In this document: piece after piece, positions 10,619-20,500 of the stretch | How the letters are laid out: each line of letters opens with the position of its first letter | Numbering within the stretch: the stretch's first letter is position 1 | Assembly: GCA_965205205.1 (NCBI GenBank) | Contig: CBDBFX010000002.1 | Coordinates: forward strand, 245,637-309,636 | Source of the DNA: Arenicellales bacterium | Lineage (GTDB): Bacteria > Pseudomonadota > Gammaproteobacteria > Arenicellales > JAJDZL01 | DNA: 64,000 nt | Direction: 5' to 3' | Made by a program: the position numbers and the translations under genes | The notes under the pieces: generated by a model | What the model saw: only the letters and a program-made list of their open reading frames with translations | What the model was told of the DNA's origin: nothing | The model's database searches: none

Positions 10619-11047
10619 ATGTTCAGATATTACCTTTGCTTTCTAATCCTGCTGCCAACGGTCGGACTTGCATCGCACGAACTGAAGAACCGAGATTTGG
10701 AGAACGGAAAACAACTCTATCTGCAGCACTGCAGTTCCTGTCACGGTGAAAAACTTGAAGGCGAACCCAATTGGCGAACACCCAAACCAGATGGTGTTCT
10801 GCCAGCACCGCCCCACGACGAAACCGGGCACACATGGCACCATGACAATCAGCTCCTTTTCAATTACACCAAATATGGAGGCTTGGCGACTTTTGCGGCA
10901 ATGGGAGTTACCGACATCAAGAGCGGTATGGAGGGATTCGGGCAGGTGTTGGAGGATGACGAGATTTGGAACATCCTTGGCTATATTCGTTCCACTTGGC
11001 CGGCAAGAGTTCAGCAGATTCAGGACAGCCGCAATCCTCCACATTAG
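10619..11047 (+). CDS. Monoheme c-type cytochrome
   Basis: Signal peptide, CSSCH heme motif, PAPPHDETGHTWHH block and a distal Met (SGMEGF). Confidence 0.9.
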   Translation: MFRYYLCFLILLPTVGLASHELKNRDLENGKQLYLQHCSSCHGEKLEGEPNWRTPKPDGVLPAPPHDETGHTWHHDNQLLFNYTKYGGLATFAAMGVTDIKSGMEGFGQVLEDDEIWNILGYIRSTWPARVQQIQDSRNPPH

Positions 11048-11462
11048 TTTCATCGTTGTCCCAGCGCCTCTACCCCCCCCCCTGATATAATGCTACGGAC
11101 CAGTGCGAACCGCCGTATGCGAACCGCCGTATTGATCTATTGGCACAATTCAACAATCTCACGCGACAGGCCGGCAATGGTACCCAAAAGTGGCTGGTTA
11201 AAACTCGTACACCTGAAAACGCAGTAAAATTTTTGGCAACAGGATTCGATTCGTCCGTTTATGGATTTCGCAATTTGGACCGAGGGTGCGACCGAGCAGA
11301 TAATTGGACGGTGTTTGAGATGGCAAAACGCTGTAGCGTGCCAGTTGATGAACGGAATGTTTTGAGTTCATTCCATTGCGTTTCATTCTTGTCGTACGCG
11401 CTAAGACAGAAAATTACGAATTCGAATTCATTCCTGCCGAATCATTCACGGGTCATTACATT

Positions 11463-12083
11463 ATGAATGCCATTCAATCGGTACTTGATCAATTAAATTC
11501 GGGCAACAAACGCTTTGTGGCCGGAGAGGGGCTCAACGGCGATGTTTCTCCGCAAAGACGACTGCAGCTGACAGATGGTCAGTCGCCAAAAGCCGTTGTC
11601 GTAGGGTGTGCGGACTCTCGGGTTCCTGTCGAACTGATATTTGATCAGGGACTCGGAGAACTATTCGTCATTCGAGTAGCGGGCAATATTGTGGATGAGT
11701 CGGTATTGGGCAGCGTGGAATTCGCGGTTTCTCATTTGGGCTGTAAACTGGTCATCGTACTGGGGCACAGCAGCTGTGGCGCGGTCAAAGCGACACTACA
11801 TGAAGTAAACCAACCTTCAGGCGATCTCTCCCCCAGTCTGCGTTCAATTGTCAACGCCATAGAACCCGCGGTCCGCTCACTGATGACACATAGTACCGAG
11901 CTCACCGAGGAAAATTTGACGGAACAGGCCATCCAGTCCAATGTCAGGCAGTCGCTTCTGCAGATTTACCAGAAATCGCAGGGAATCCAGTCAGCCGTTA
12001 ATGACAGAAATCTCTCTATTGTCGGTGCGATTTACGACCTTGAGACGGGTACAGTCAAGTGGATTGACAGAATTCCACAGTAG
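11463..12083 (+). CDS. Beta-class carbonic anhydrase
   Basis: GNKRF, CADSRV, FDQGLGELFVIRVAGN and GHSSCGAV; start set at ATG 11463. Confidence 0.93.
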   Translation: MNAIQSVLDQLNSGNKRFVAGEGLNGDVSPQRRLQLTDGQSPKAVVVGCADSRVPVELIFDQGLGELFVIRVAGNIVDESVLGSVEFAVSHLGCKLVIVLGHSSCGAVKATLHEVNQPSGDLSPSLRSIVNAIEPAVRSLMTHSTELTEENLTEQAIQSNVRQSLLQIYQKSQGIQSAVNDRNLSIVGAIYDLETGTVKWIDRIPQ

Positions 12084-12336
12084 ATTGATTGAATCTGCTG
12101 ATCTGATCGGAAACATGATTACCGGGCCATTTCGATTCAAGTCATTCTCGTTCCTACGTTCCTAATACATAGAAATGGGCGGTGATGGCATAGCGGTGAA
12201 GAAATCAACGCTGTCACAGAAAATCCACCATTTCACCAACGCACTTCACGGATTCACCAACTTCAGGATGTCGAATGCTCTCAAATCGCTAAGGTTAAGC
12301 AGAAGAACCGCTTGGGTCAGCTGGAAAAACTGAGTT

Positions 12337-12855
12337 ATGAATTCTAGCATTTCTGTCATTCAGGGAAGCATCACTGATGCCACCACAGATGTGATCGTCA
12401 ATGCCGCCAATTCAAAAATGCTGGGCGGCGGCGGTGTGGATGGCGCAATTCACCGAGCAGCCGGTCCAGAACTGCTGCAGCATTGCAAAATGGTGCCAGC
12501 AGTGAGTGGCATTCGTTGCCCGGCTGGCGAAGCCCGTATCACCCCCGCAGGTCTGCTTCGCGCCCGCTGGGTGATTCACGCTGTTGGACCGCGTTACAAT
12601 GTTGACCCCGAGCCGGAAAAGCTGCTCACCGCAGCCTATCGAAATTCACTTACCCTGGCGCGGGAGCATCACTGTGAATCGATCGCATTCCCAGCGATTT
12701 CATGTGGTGTCTATGGATATCCTCATGCGGAAGCGGCTGAAATTTCAATAGCCGTGTGCCAAGAAACCGAGTGGCAGAACATGCAGATATCATTTTTCCT
12801 GTTTTCTGCTGAAATGGCTGATATCTGGCGACAGGCGATCGCAAAAAATCAGTAA
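12337..12855 (+). CDS. Macro-domain O-acetyl-ADP-ribose deacetylase (YmdB-like)
   Basis: IVNAAN, GGGGVDGAIHRAAG, IHAVGP and FPAISCGVYGYP. Confidence 0.93.
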   Translation: MNSSISVIQGSITDATTDVIVNAANSKMLGGGGVDGAIHRAAGPELLQHCKMVPAVSGIRCPAGEARITPAGLLRARWVIHAVGPRYNVDPEPEKLLTAAYRNSLTLAREHHCESIAFPAISCGVYGYPHAEAAEISIAVCQETEWQNMQISFFLFSAEMADIWRQAIAKNQ

Positions 12856-13072
12856 ATTATCTTCAGGGACTCCGATTTCAGTTGCGGCATCCTGTCCTAT
12901 CAGACTACCATTTGTTGGACAAATTTCCGATCAATGAGTTGACCCCTCTACCTCACGCATCGACACTGAAGAGCCTTTCAAATTTCCAAACTCGCGTTCT
13001 ATCTGATCTTGTTGTGATTGATGTAAAGAATGATGCAACGTAGATTATTTTCTACATTTATTGATATCAGTA

Positions 13073-13306
13073 ATGGCACTGAATATAAGTAATCGCGAGG
13101 TTGAGGAGCGGGCAAGAACGGTTTCTGAACTCACAGGTAAAACTAAAACACAGGCAGTCAAGGCTGCATTAAAGGAGCGTCGAAATCAGAAAAGCCATCT
13201 GACCCGCGCATCTTCAGCGATGAATGACTGTACGCGGTGTCCTTCACGCAGTCTAGGTCGACCTGCAGGGCAGGCTACTCGGCATGCAGGGGTTGCAATT
13301 CTTTAA
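13073..13306 (+). pseudogene. VapB-like (Rv0623/PSK-type) antitoxin, probably degenerate, no adjacent toxin
   Basis: MALNISNREVEERARTVSELTGKTKTQAVKAALKER fits the family N-terminus; no PIN-domain ORF follows. Confidence 0.65.
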
Positions 13307-13640
13307 TTCAATTGATGCTGGCGGACCCGAGCACTCAGACTCGGTTTCATTGAGAGCCCAGCTACTGTGACTGAACAGGCGAATGAACGCAAAGCAATCC
13401 CGCAAAAACACCACCTCAACCAGTGCAAAACCCTGACCAATCATTACCAGAGCGATAAAAGTTCGAGCTACCCATAATCAGCGTAGCGACCTTGATGATC
13501 TGGTAAACCGCGATGAATCAAATCCTGCGTTGAAAATTCAGTTGCCTGCAACAGGTGTCAATTGAAATTCAATCCTCTATACAATCGCATGAATCTGATG
13601 CACTCTGTGGCATTTGCAACAGTTACAACGAGTTATTTTA

Positions 13641-13784
13641 TAATAGGCAGTAAATTACCTTTAATATACTATATATACTCATTATAGGCTGTTTGTAGCC
13701 CTTTATAAATTATTATTACTTATAGGCATTTTATGGCTTATAATCTAATAATAATACCTATAAAAGGCCATTTATTGCTATTTA
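13641..13784 (+). promoter_or_regulatory. Four imperfect palindromic operators upstream of the XRE-HipA operon
   Basis: AGGC half-sites at 13645, 13686, 13724 and 13765 (spacing 41/38/41) in an AT-rich stretch, e.g. TTATAGGC-N8-GCTTATAA. Confidence 0.65.
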
Positions 13785-13791
13785 TGAAGAT

Positions 13792-14130
13792 ATGAATACA
13801 TCCCGACAAATTGAAATTGAGATTGGTTCTCGTTTGGCCAAATTGCGACTTTCACGCAATGTAACACAATCCATGTTAGCAAAAGATGCTGGAATTGGTC
13901 TTCGTACCCTGCGGCGTCTCGAGGTTGGCGAGCCATCGACTCTTGACACATTCCTGCGCGTCGCCATCGCCCTGGATTTGGGAGATGCCATCCTCAGCGC
14001 ACTACCGACGGGTCACATTCGTCCCATCGAGCGGGTCTCGCGAGCCGGTTCCGAGCGTCAGCGAGCACGGCCAAAAAAACAGACTGATCGGAATCCGACT
14101 TGGTCGTGGGGTGACGAATCAATTGACTGA
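13792..14130 (+). CDS. XRE/HipB-like HTH antitoxin
   Basis: IGSRLAKLRLSRNVTQSMLAKDAGIGLRTLRRLE HTH; overlaps the toxin start. Confidence 0.88.
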   Translation: MNTSRQIEIEIGSRLAKLRLSRNVTQSMLAKDAGIGLRTLRRLEVGEPSTLDTFLRVAIALDLGDAILSALPTGHIRPIERVSRAGSERQRARPKKQTDRNPTWSWGDESID

Positions 14131-15430
14131 TGCAAGCGTCATACTCTGGGGACGGCGTATTGGAGCGGTATCATGGGATGATACGCGGGCCCTTGGCGTA
14201 TTTCAATACGATTCTGAATTCGTAGACGCCGGTATCGAGGTCGCGCCACTGACGATGCCCGTCAGAGAAACACCCTATGAATTCCCATCCCTTAACAAGG
14301 AAACCTTCAGGGGTCTGCCCGGATTGCTCGCCGATTCTCTACCCGACAGATTCGGTGATCGGCTTATCAACGCATGGCTGGCGGAAACCGGAAAGAGCCT
14401 CGAGACCTTCAACCCCGTCGATCGACTCTGCTACATTGGCCACCGAGGTACCGGTGCCCTTGAGTTCGAGCCGACGATTGGACGAGAAACAAAAGCAAAA
14501 AAACTGGAAATTGCGCGATTGGTTGACTTGGCGAATCGGGCGCTCAATGAACGGGCAAATCTTGTCGGTCGGCTGGATGGCAGCAGCGATGCCGACGCCC
14601 TTGAAGACATACTGAGCGTTGGCACCTCGGCGGGTGGTGCACGGGCGAAAGCGGTACTTGCCTGGAATCCAGAAACAGGCGAGTTCCGATCTGGACAACT
14701 CCCCTGCGAGGAAGGTTTTGAACATTGGCTTTTAAAGTTTGACGGCATCTCGAACACCCAGGATAGGGAACTGGCCGATCCCCAAGGCTTTGGCAAAATT
14801 GAATATGCTTACGCAAACATGGCCCGCGCTGCCGGCATATCAATGGCGAAATGCCGCCTTTTCCATGAAGGCGGCCGCAGTCACTTCATGACGAAACGAT
14901 TCGACCGGGACCACAACGGCCGCAAGATACACATGCAATCCCTCGGGGCGATGCGACACTTTGACTTCAACGACCCATCGGCCTATTCCTACGAACAAGC
15001 GGTACTGACAATTCGAGATTTGGGACTGGGGATGGCAGCAGTTGAAGAGCAGTTTCGGCGGGCGGTATTCAATATCATCGCACGCAATCAGGATGACCAC
15101 GTAAAGAATGTCGCGTTCCTGATGGATCGGTCTGGGAAATGGACGTTGTCACCGGCCTACGACCTCGTCTATGCTTACAATCCAAGAGGCAGTTGGACCC
15201 GTGACCACCAGATGAGTTTGGCCGGCCGCCGGAATGACTTTGAGCGCGATGACATTCTCCGTTTTGCCACCTCAATCGGCCTGAAATCTCGCCGAGCTTT
15301 GGAAATCACAAGCCAAGTGAGTGCTGCGGTCCAGAACTGGGGCGAACACGCTGATTCTGCCGGAGTCGAGATTCAAGATGAAACTCGAATCGGCAAGACT
15401 TTCAGATTGAATCTGTTGGATGGCAGTTAA
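14123..15430 (+). CDS. hipA: HipA-family kinase toxin
   Basis: LADSLPD, GTSAGGARAK, WLLKFD, NQDDHVKN and LSPAYD; start placed at the TTG overlapping the antitoxin stop. Confidence 0.9.
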   Translation: MTDASVILWGRRIGAVSWDDTRALGVFQYDSEFVDAGIEVAPLTMPVRETPYEFPSLNKETFRGLPGLLADSLPDRFGDRLINAWLAETGKSLETFNPVDRLCYIGHRGTGALEFEPTIGRETKAKKLEIARLVDLANRALNERANLVGRLDGSSDADALEDILSVGTSAGGARAKAVLAWNPETGEFRSGQLPCEEGFEHWLLKFDGISNTQDRELADPQGFGKIEYAYANMARAAGISMAKCRLFHEGGRSHFMTKRFDRDHNGRKIHMQSLGAMRHFDFNDPSAYSYEQAVLTIRDLGLGMAAVEEQFRRAVFNIIARNQDDHVKNVAFLMDRSGKWTLSPAYDLVYAYNPRGSWTRDHQMSLAGRRNDFERDDILRFATSIGLKSRRALEITSQVSAAVQNWGEHADSAGVEIQDETRIGKTFRLNLLDGS

Positions 15431-15703
15431 CATGACGCTTGTTTTCCAGATACCTGCACCATCCATTCCGCATCCGTCCCTTCCTGCCGCATCTTCTCAT
15501 AAAGCATTTGTTAGAACTCTTACGAATTTCGTTTCTTCAACATCTGAGTTAACTCCGTCTTATTAACATATTATAATGTGACTGTCAGTAAATACATTCC
15601 ATGTCCGTAGGGGTTGAGGGGTATCGCTTATTTACGCTGTGATCTTCCTTTTCCACCAGTAACGAGCACGGCTTTCAACTAGAAGCAGAGATCGAAAATT
15701 CGA

Positions 15704-16636
15704 ATGAAGAATAATCAGGCACTGTTCGATGATAGCGCTTATACGGATAATCTGCTCCTTGAATACATAAACATACGAGATGAAAAAGATTATCGGCTGA
15801 TACCTATAAGGAAAGATTGCGAAAACATGTGGGATGTTTATTCGAAGTATGCCGATGACAACTTCCTCTCGGATTTCAAAATGCAGTTCTACCCTCGCTG
15901 GTTCGAGATGTACTTGACCTTCTCCCTATTAGAAGCTGGCGTGTACATTACGAAAACAGGAGACGGTATGCCGGATGTGCTTGCAAAGATTGGTGAGCGG
16001 AAAGTCTGGATTGAGGCAGTTTGCGTTGGCCCTGGGGAACCTGGAAAACCTGATTCTGTTCCCGACATGGAACTACTTAAAGTATCTTCCACTCCAGAGC
16101 GCGAGCTAACGCTTCGCACACTCAATGCCCTTCATTCGAAGGACAAGCAATTCAAGAAATATATAGAACACGGAATTGTAGAGCCCGATGATCTTATTAT
16201 TGTAGCAATCAGCTACTGTAATATGGGATTTGAACGGCACTGGATGGCGAAATATATTCGTAGTGCTGTTTACGGCGAGGGTGATCCGATTTTAAAGCTC
16301 GGCTTAGATAATAACAGTCAGATTACTCGATCGAAATTGGAATTTGAGCAGAAAGCAGTCGTAACAAAACGCCCTGGAAGTACGTACGAAAAAGAGATTG
16401 GTGTGCAGAGTTTCATAGATTTTAGTGTAGAGTGTATGTGTATTTCTGCTATCCTCGGATCCTGTGCTTATCCAAAAGATCTTGGGGCGAAAGAACGCGG
16501 GAATGATTTTATTATGTTTCCAAATCTTACATCCGATAGGCCTCTAGCCGGTGTCAGCCTACCTGTGGGGATGAAATACGTATTCACTGAACAAGATGAC
16601 GGATGGTCCGGAAAACTCTGCCAAGCAGGTGGGTAG
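15704..16636 (+). CDS. Hypothetical protein, possible PD-(D/E)xK-like fold
   Basis: 310-aa AT-rich ORF; GMPDV...VWIEAV spacing recalls a PD..ExK-type motif but lacks the Lys. Confidence 0.6.
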   Translation: MKNNQALFDDSAYTDNLLLEYINIRDEKDYRLIPIRKDCENMWDVYSKYADDNFLSDFKMQFYPRWFEMYLTFSLLEAGVYITKTGDGMPDVLAKIGERKVWIEAVCVGPGEPGKPDSVPDMELLKVSSTPERELTLRTLNALHSKDKQFKKYIEHGIVEPDDLIIVAISYCNMGFERHWMAKYIRSAVYGEGDPILKLGLDNNSQITRSKLEFEQKAVVTKRPGSTYEKEIGVQSFIDFSVECMCISAILGSCAYPKDLGAKERGNDFIMFPNLTSDRPLAGVSLPVGMKYVFTEQDDGWSGKLCQAGG

Positions 16637-16795
16637 ATGCGTGAGTTCCAGACCGATTTTGGCCTGCCGACTACATTTTGTTCGCCGACAAATAGGTCGT
16701 TGGCTTGATTTAGGCCAAGCCAAACAACTGGGGTTCGATGAATTTCTTAATTGGTCACCCTATTTTTTCAGCTCAGGATGCCAGTTCTGAAGGCT

Positions 16796-17185
16796 TCAAT
16801 TCTTGGTGTTGTATTCAACGTCATGCAGAGCAACTATCTTCCCATTAATTTCAATTGATTTATGTGCATAGTCGTTAGCAATGTCAGCAGTATGAATTTT
16901 CTCGGAAATGGTGGCACCATAATCGGTTAGGGTTATTGGACTTTTGTCCTTGACTAATGGACTATCGATTACGCCAATCAGCAGATGGTACATTCGATCA
17001 AATTTTTCTTCAAATTTATCCAGCCGAGTCTCCAACTTATCCAGCCGGACTTCCAAATTTTCTATCTTGCCTTCAATTTTTGTTTTCCATACGGGAACCT
17101 TCCACAATAGAATTGCTAAAGTAACAAATATCCCCCAAGGAACAAGTGTTTCAATAAAATTCTGCAGTGCAACAATATTTGACAT
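16796..17185 (-). CDS. Hypothetical protein with TM helix and coiled coil
   Basis: PWGIFVTLAILLW followed by heptads IENLEVRLDKLETRLDKFEEKFDR. Confidence 0.6.
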   Translation of the reverse strand: MSNIVALQNFIETLVPWGIFVTLAILLWKVPVWKTKIEGKIENLEVRLDKLETRLDKFEEKFDRMYHLLIGVIDSPLVKDKSPITLTDYGATISEKIHTADIANDYAHKSIEINGKIVALHDVEYNTKN

Positions 17186-17530
17186 ATTTATTCTTTCAAT
17201 TTATCCGTAGTTGAAAACTGAATGAACTATATTTTTCTATATAACAAAACTCTCTTCGTATGTCTCATTCTGTTCAATGTATTAAATCATGATTTACAGT
17301 ACACAAGAGTTAATGTTTGAACATAGCCTAAATCCAGACGCGATCTATTGCTTGCCAGAAGCCAACCTGAATTCCGTTCACGTATGTGCTTCATGATGCA
17401 ATATGGAATAACCTTGGGAACGCACGGACTCAAAGACAATCATCTGGTTTGCCAAACCGATTGACTCCAGCATTGAGCCGTGCAAACGATATAGGATCAC
17501 CACCATCTCGCAACATTCGGTAGACAACTA

Positions 17531-20500
17531 ATGGACGTATTCAGATTTCGCGAAGAGCTCATCGCTGAGTATGAACGTTTTTCCCGTAGTTTCGTCAAAA
17601 TTCGGGCCGATGACATCAATCGTAAAGTCGATTCATCCTATGCTGCAGGCCGTTTCTGGCCGGCACCGCTCATCCAGTTGAATCCAAATTACGAACCGGG
17701 TGATTGGGTCGACAACCTTGTCGAGAATGGTACGCTTGACCACGAATGTAAGAAAATATTCCGATTGAAACACAACAATGACACGGCCGGTGAAAGGCTC
17801 CTGCTGCATCGGCATCAGACCGATTCCATCATGATCGCCAAGCGCGGTGAGAGTTATGTTCTGACAACCGGCACCGGTTCCGGTAAGTCTCTCGCCTACT
17901 TTATTCCCATTGTCGATGATGTGTTACGCCACAATCGTATGGGCAATACCCGAAAGGGTATCAGCGCCATCGTAATTTATCCGATGAATGCGCTGTGCAA
18001 CAGCCAATTTGAGGAACTGAAAAAATACCTGCAGACCGGCTATACAAAAGGCAAGGAACCTGTCACATTTGCTCGATACACCGGACAGGAATCGAAAGAT
18101 GAACGCGATCGAATCGCAAAAAATCCTCCAGACATCCTACTGACGAATTACGTTATGCTTGAACTGATCATGACGCGCTTCCTCGAGACCGACAAGGCTG
18201 TTCGCGAACACGCCGTCGGACTTCGATTTCTGGTGCTTGACGAACTTCACACCTACCGTGGACGACAAGGTGCCGATGTCGCCATGCTGGTCCGTCGTGT
18301 CAGGGAACGATTCAATGAACACCTGCTATGCATTGGAACTTCTGCGACCATGGGCTCGGAAGGCTCACGGGCAGACAGGAATGCCGCCGTCGCACGCATC
18401 GCGAGTCTTCTTTTTGGCTCTACGGTAAGTCCAGGTAATGTTGTTTCGGAAACACTTCGATCCGTAATCGATCAAAATACAAACGCCACTGAATCTGAAC
18501 TTCGAGCCGCAATTGAACGCGGCATTCCCGCTCCCCCCCCCCCTCGAAAATTTGTCCAAGCACCCGATTGCAAAATGGGTGGAAGACAATCTCGGACTGG
18601 AAAAGTCCGGCGACCGGCTTGAACGAATTTCCCGGCCTCTTACGGTTCTCGAAGCCGCCGATGCTCTCGCAAATGACAGCGGTCTAGACGCCAAAACCTG
18701 TCACGACTATCTTACCAAGTTCCTGCTGGTCGCACACAGCAGCCGGAATGAGCAAGGACAAGGCTTCTTCGCATTTCGCCTGCATCAGTTCATCAGCGGT
18801 GCCTGGAACATCTATTCTACACTCGAGGCACCGGAAGAGCGATACCTCACCCTAAACGGACAGCAATATAAGCCAGGCGACCGTCATCGTCTTCTTTACC
18901 CACTCTGCTTCTGTCGAGTCTGTGGGCAGGAATATTTTCCTGTCTGGGGACGGCAGAACGGCAGGCAGTTCCAAACATTTCAACCTCGCGATCTGTCCGA
19001 TCGGTCTAGCGACGACGAAACCGTTCAGTTCGGTTATCTCATGCCTGATCCAACGGAAATGTTCAATTCCGAGGATCTGGAGACACAGTACCCCGAGGAC
19101 TGGCTGGAATTCGGCGGTAAGAAACCCCAACTGAAAAACCATTACCGCCGCCACCGTCCCATCAATGTGCAATTGAACGCGATGGGCGAGGCCATTGGAG
19201 ATGGAATGCACGCGTGGTTCATTGCGGGATCATTCCGTTTCTGCCTGCATCCTGAATGCGACGCTTACTACGGTGGCAATATTCGGAGCGAATTGACCAA
19301 GCTCTCTGGGCTGTCTAGTGAAGGTCGCAGTTCTGCGACCACCGTTCTCGCTCTCTCTTCGCTCAAGCAGCTAAACGGATCAGACCTTGATGACCGCACC
19401 AAGAAGCTCCTGGCGTTCACCGACAACCGACAGGACGCAAGCCTTCAGGCGGGCCACTTCAACGACTTCATTCAGATACTGCTGTTGCGCAGCGCTCTGC
19501 TTGCCGCCATTCGAAGTGAAAGTGATGGATCACTTACTGACGAGTTTTTGACTCAAAAAACGCTCTCCCATCTACACCTTGAAGCGAGCGACTATGCCGC
19601 TACTACCGATGCCAAGGGCATCAGGAGCCAAAATACGCTGAAGGCGTTGCGTGACGTACTTGGCTACCGTCTGTATTTCGACCTGCAGCGAGGTTGGCGA
19701 ATCACCAACCCAAACCTAGAACAACTGAACCTGCTGGAAATCGGATATCGAGAACTCATGAACTGCTGCCAGGATGAAGATGAATGGAACAGGTGCCATC
19801 CACTACTTGGTTCCATCACGCCCGGCCGTCGTTTTGATATTGTTCGTGAACTTCTAGATCGTATGCGTAAAGCACTGTGCATAAAAACGATTTATCTTGA
19901 CCCAAATTTCCAGGAACGTCTGCGTAACCGAAGTTTCAACGAACTGAAAGAGCCTTGGGGGCTTTCGGAAGACGAAAAGCTGTTTTCACACGCACACATG
20001 GTCCCGCGACCGAGAGGACAACACTACCGGCGCCAGAACAGCTATCGAACTTTTCATGTTTCCCATCGATCCGCATTTGGCAGAAGCTTAAAGTCGCGAA
20101 CCATCTGGGGAGCGGACAATTCTCATTATCCATCAAGTTTTGACGAAGGGACTTTCAACAGCATTGTGGATGACATTTTGAGCGTGCTGGAGAAATACGG
20201 ATATGTCGAATCTTCGAAACTCGGAGGTGATCACACCGGCTACCGTATCAATGGTTCAACCCTCGAATGGCGTATCCCTAGCAGGTTGGACACAGATCAC
20301 GATCAGGCCAACGAATTCTTTCGAAATCTATACAGTAATGTAGCCGCATTGCTTGACGGTGATAACCGTCTTCTCCACCAGTTGGAAGCACGTGAACACA
20401 CGGCTCAGGTGGAGACTGAAATCCGCAAAGAACGCGAACGGCGCTTCCGGCAGGGCTTGGAGCCAAATGGCCTGCCCATTTTATTCTGCTCGCCAACCAT

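Noticed and set aside
11105-11132. Resemblance to the 5' half of group II intron domain V (GAACCGCCGTATGCG)
   Set aside because: The 3' half of the stem, domain VI and any RT are absent; a 14-bp tandem duplication explains it.
13886-14122. N-terminal extension of HipA in the ORF track
   Set aside because: It overlaps the antitoxin gene; HipA-like sequence begins at about 14123.
15555-15595. dif-like site
   Set aside because: Only a partial XerD-like arm and no XerC arm at the correct spacing.
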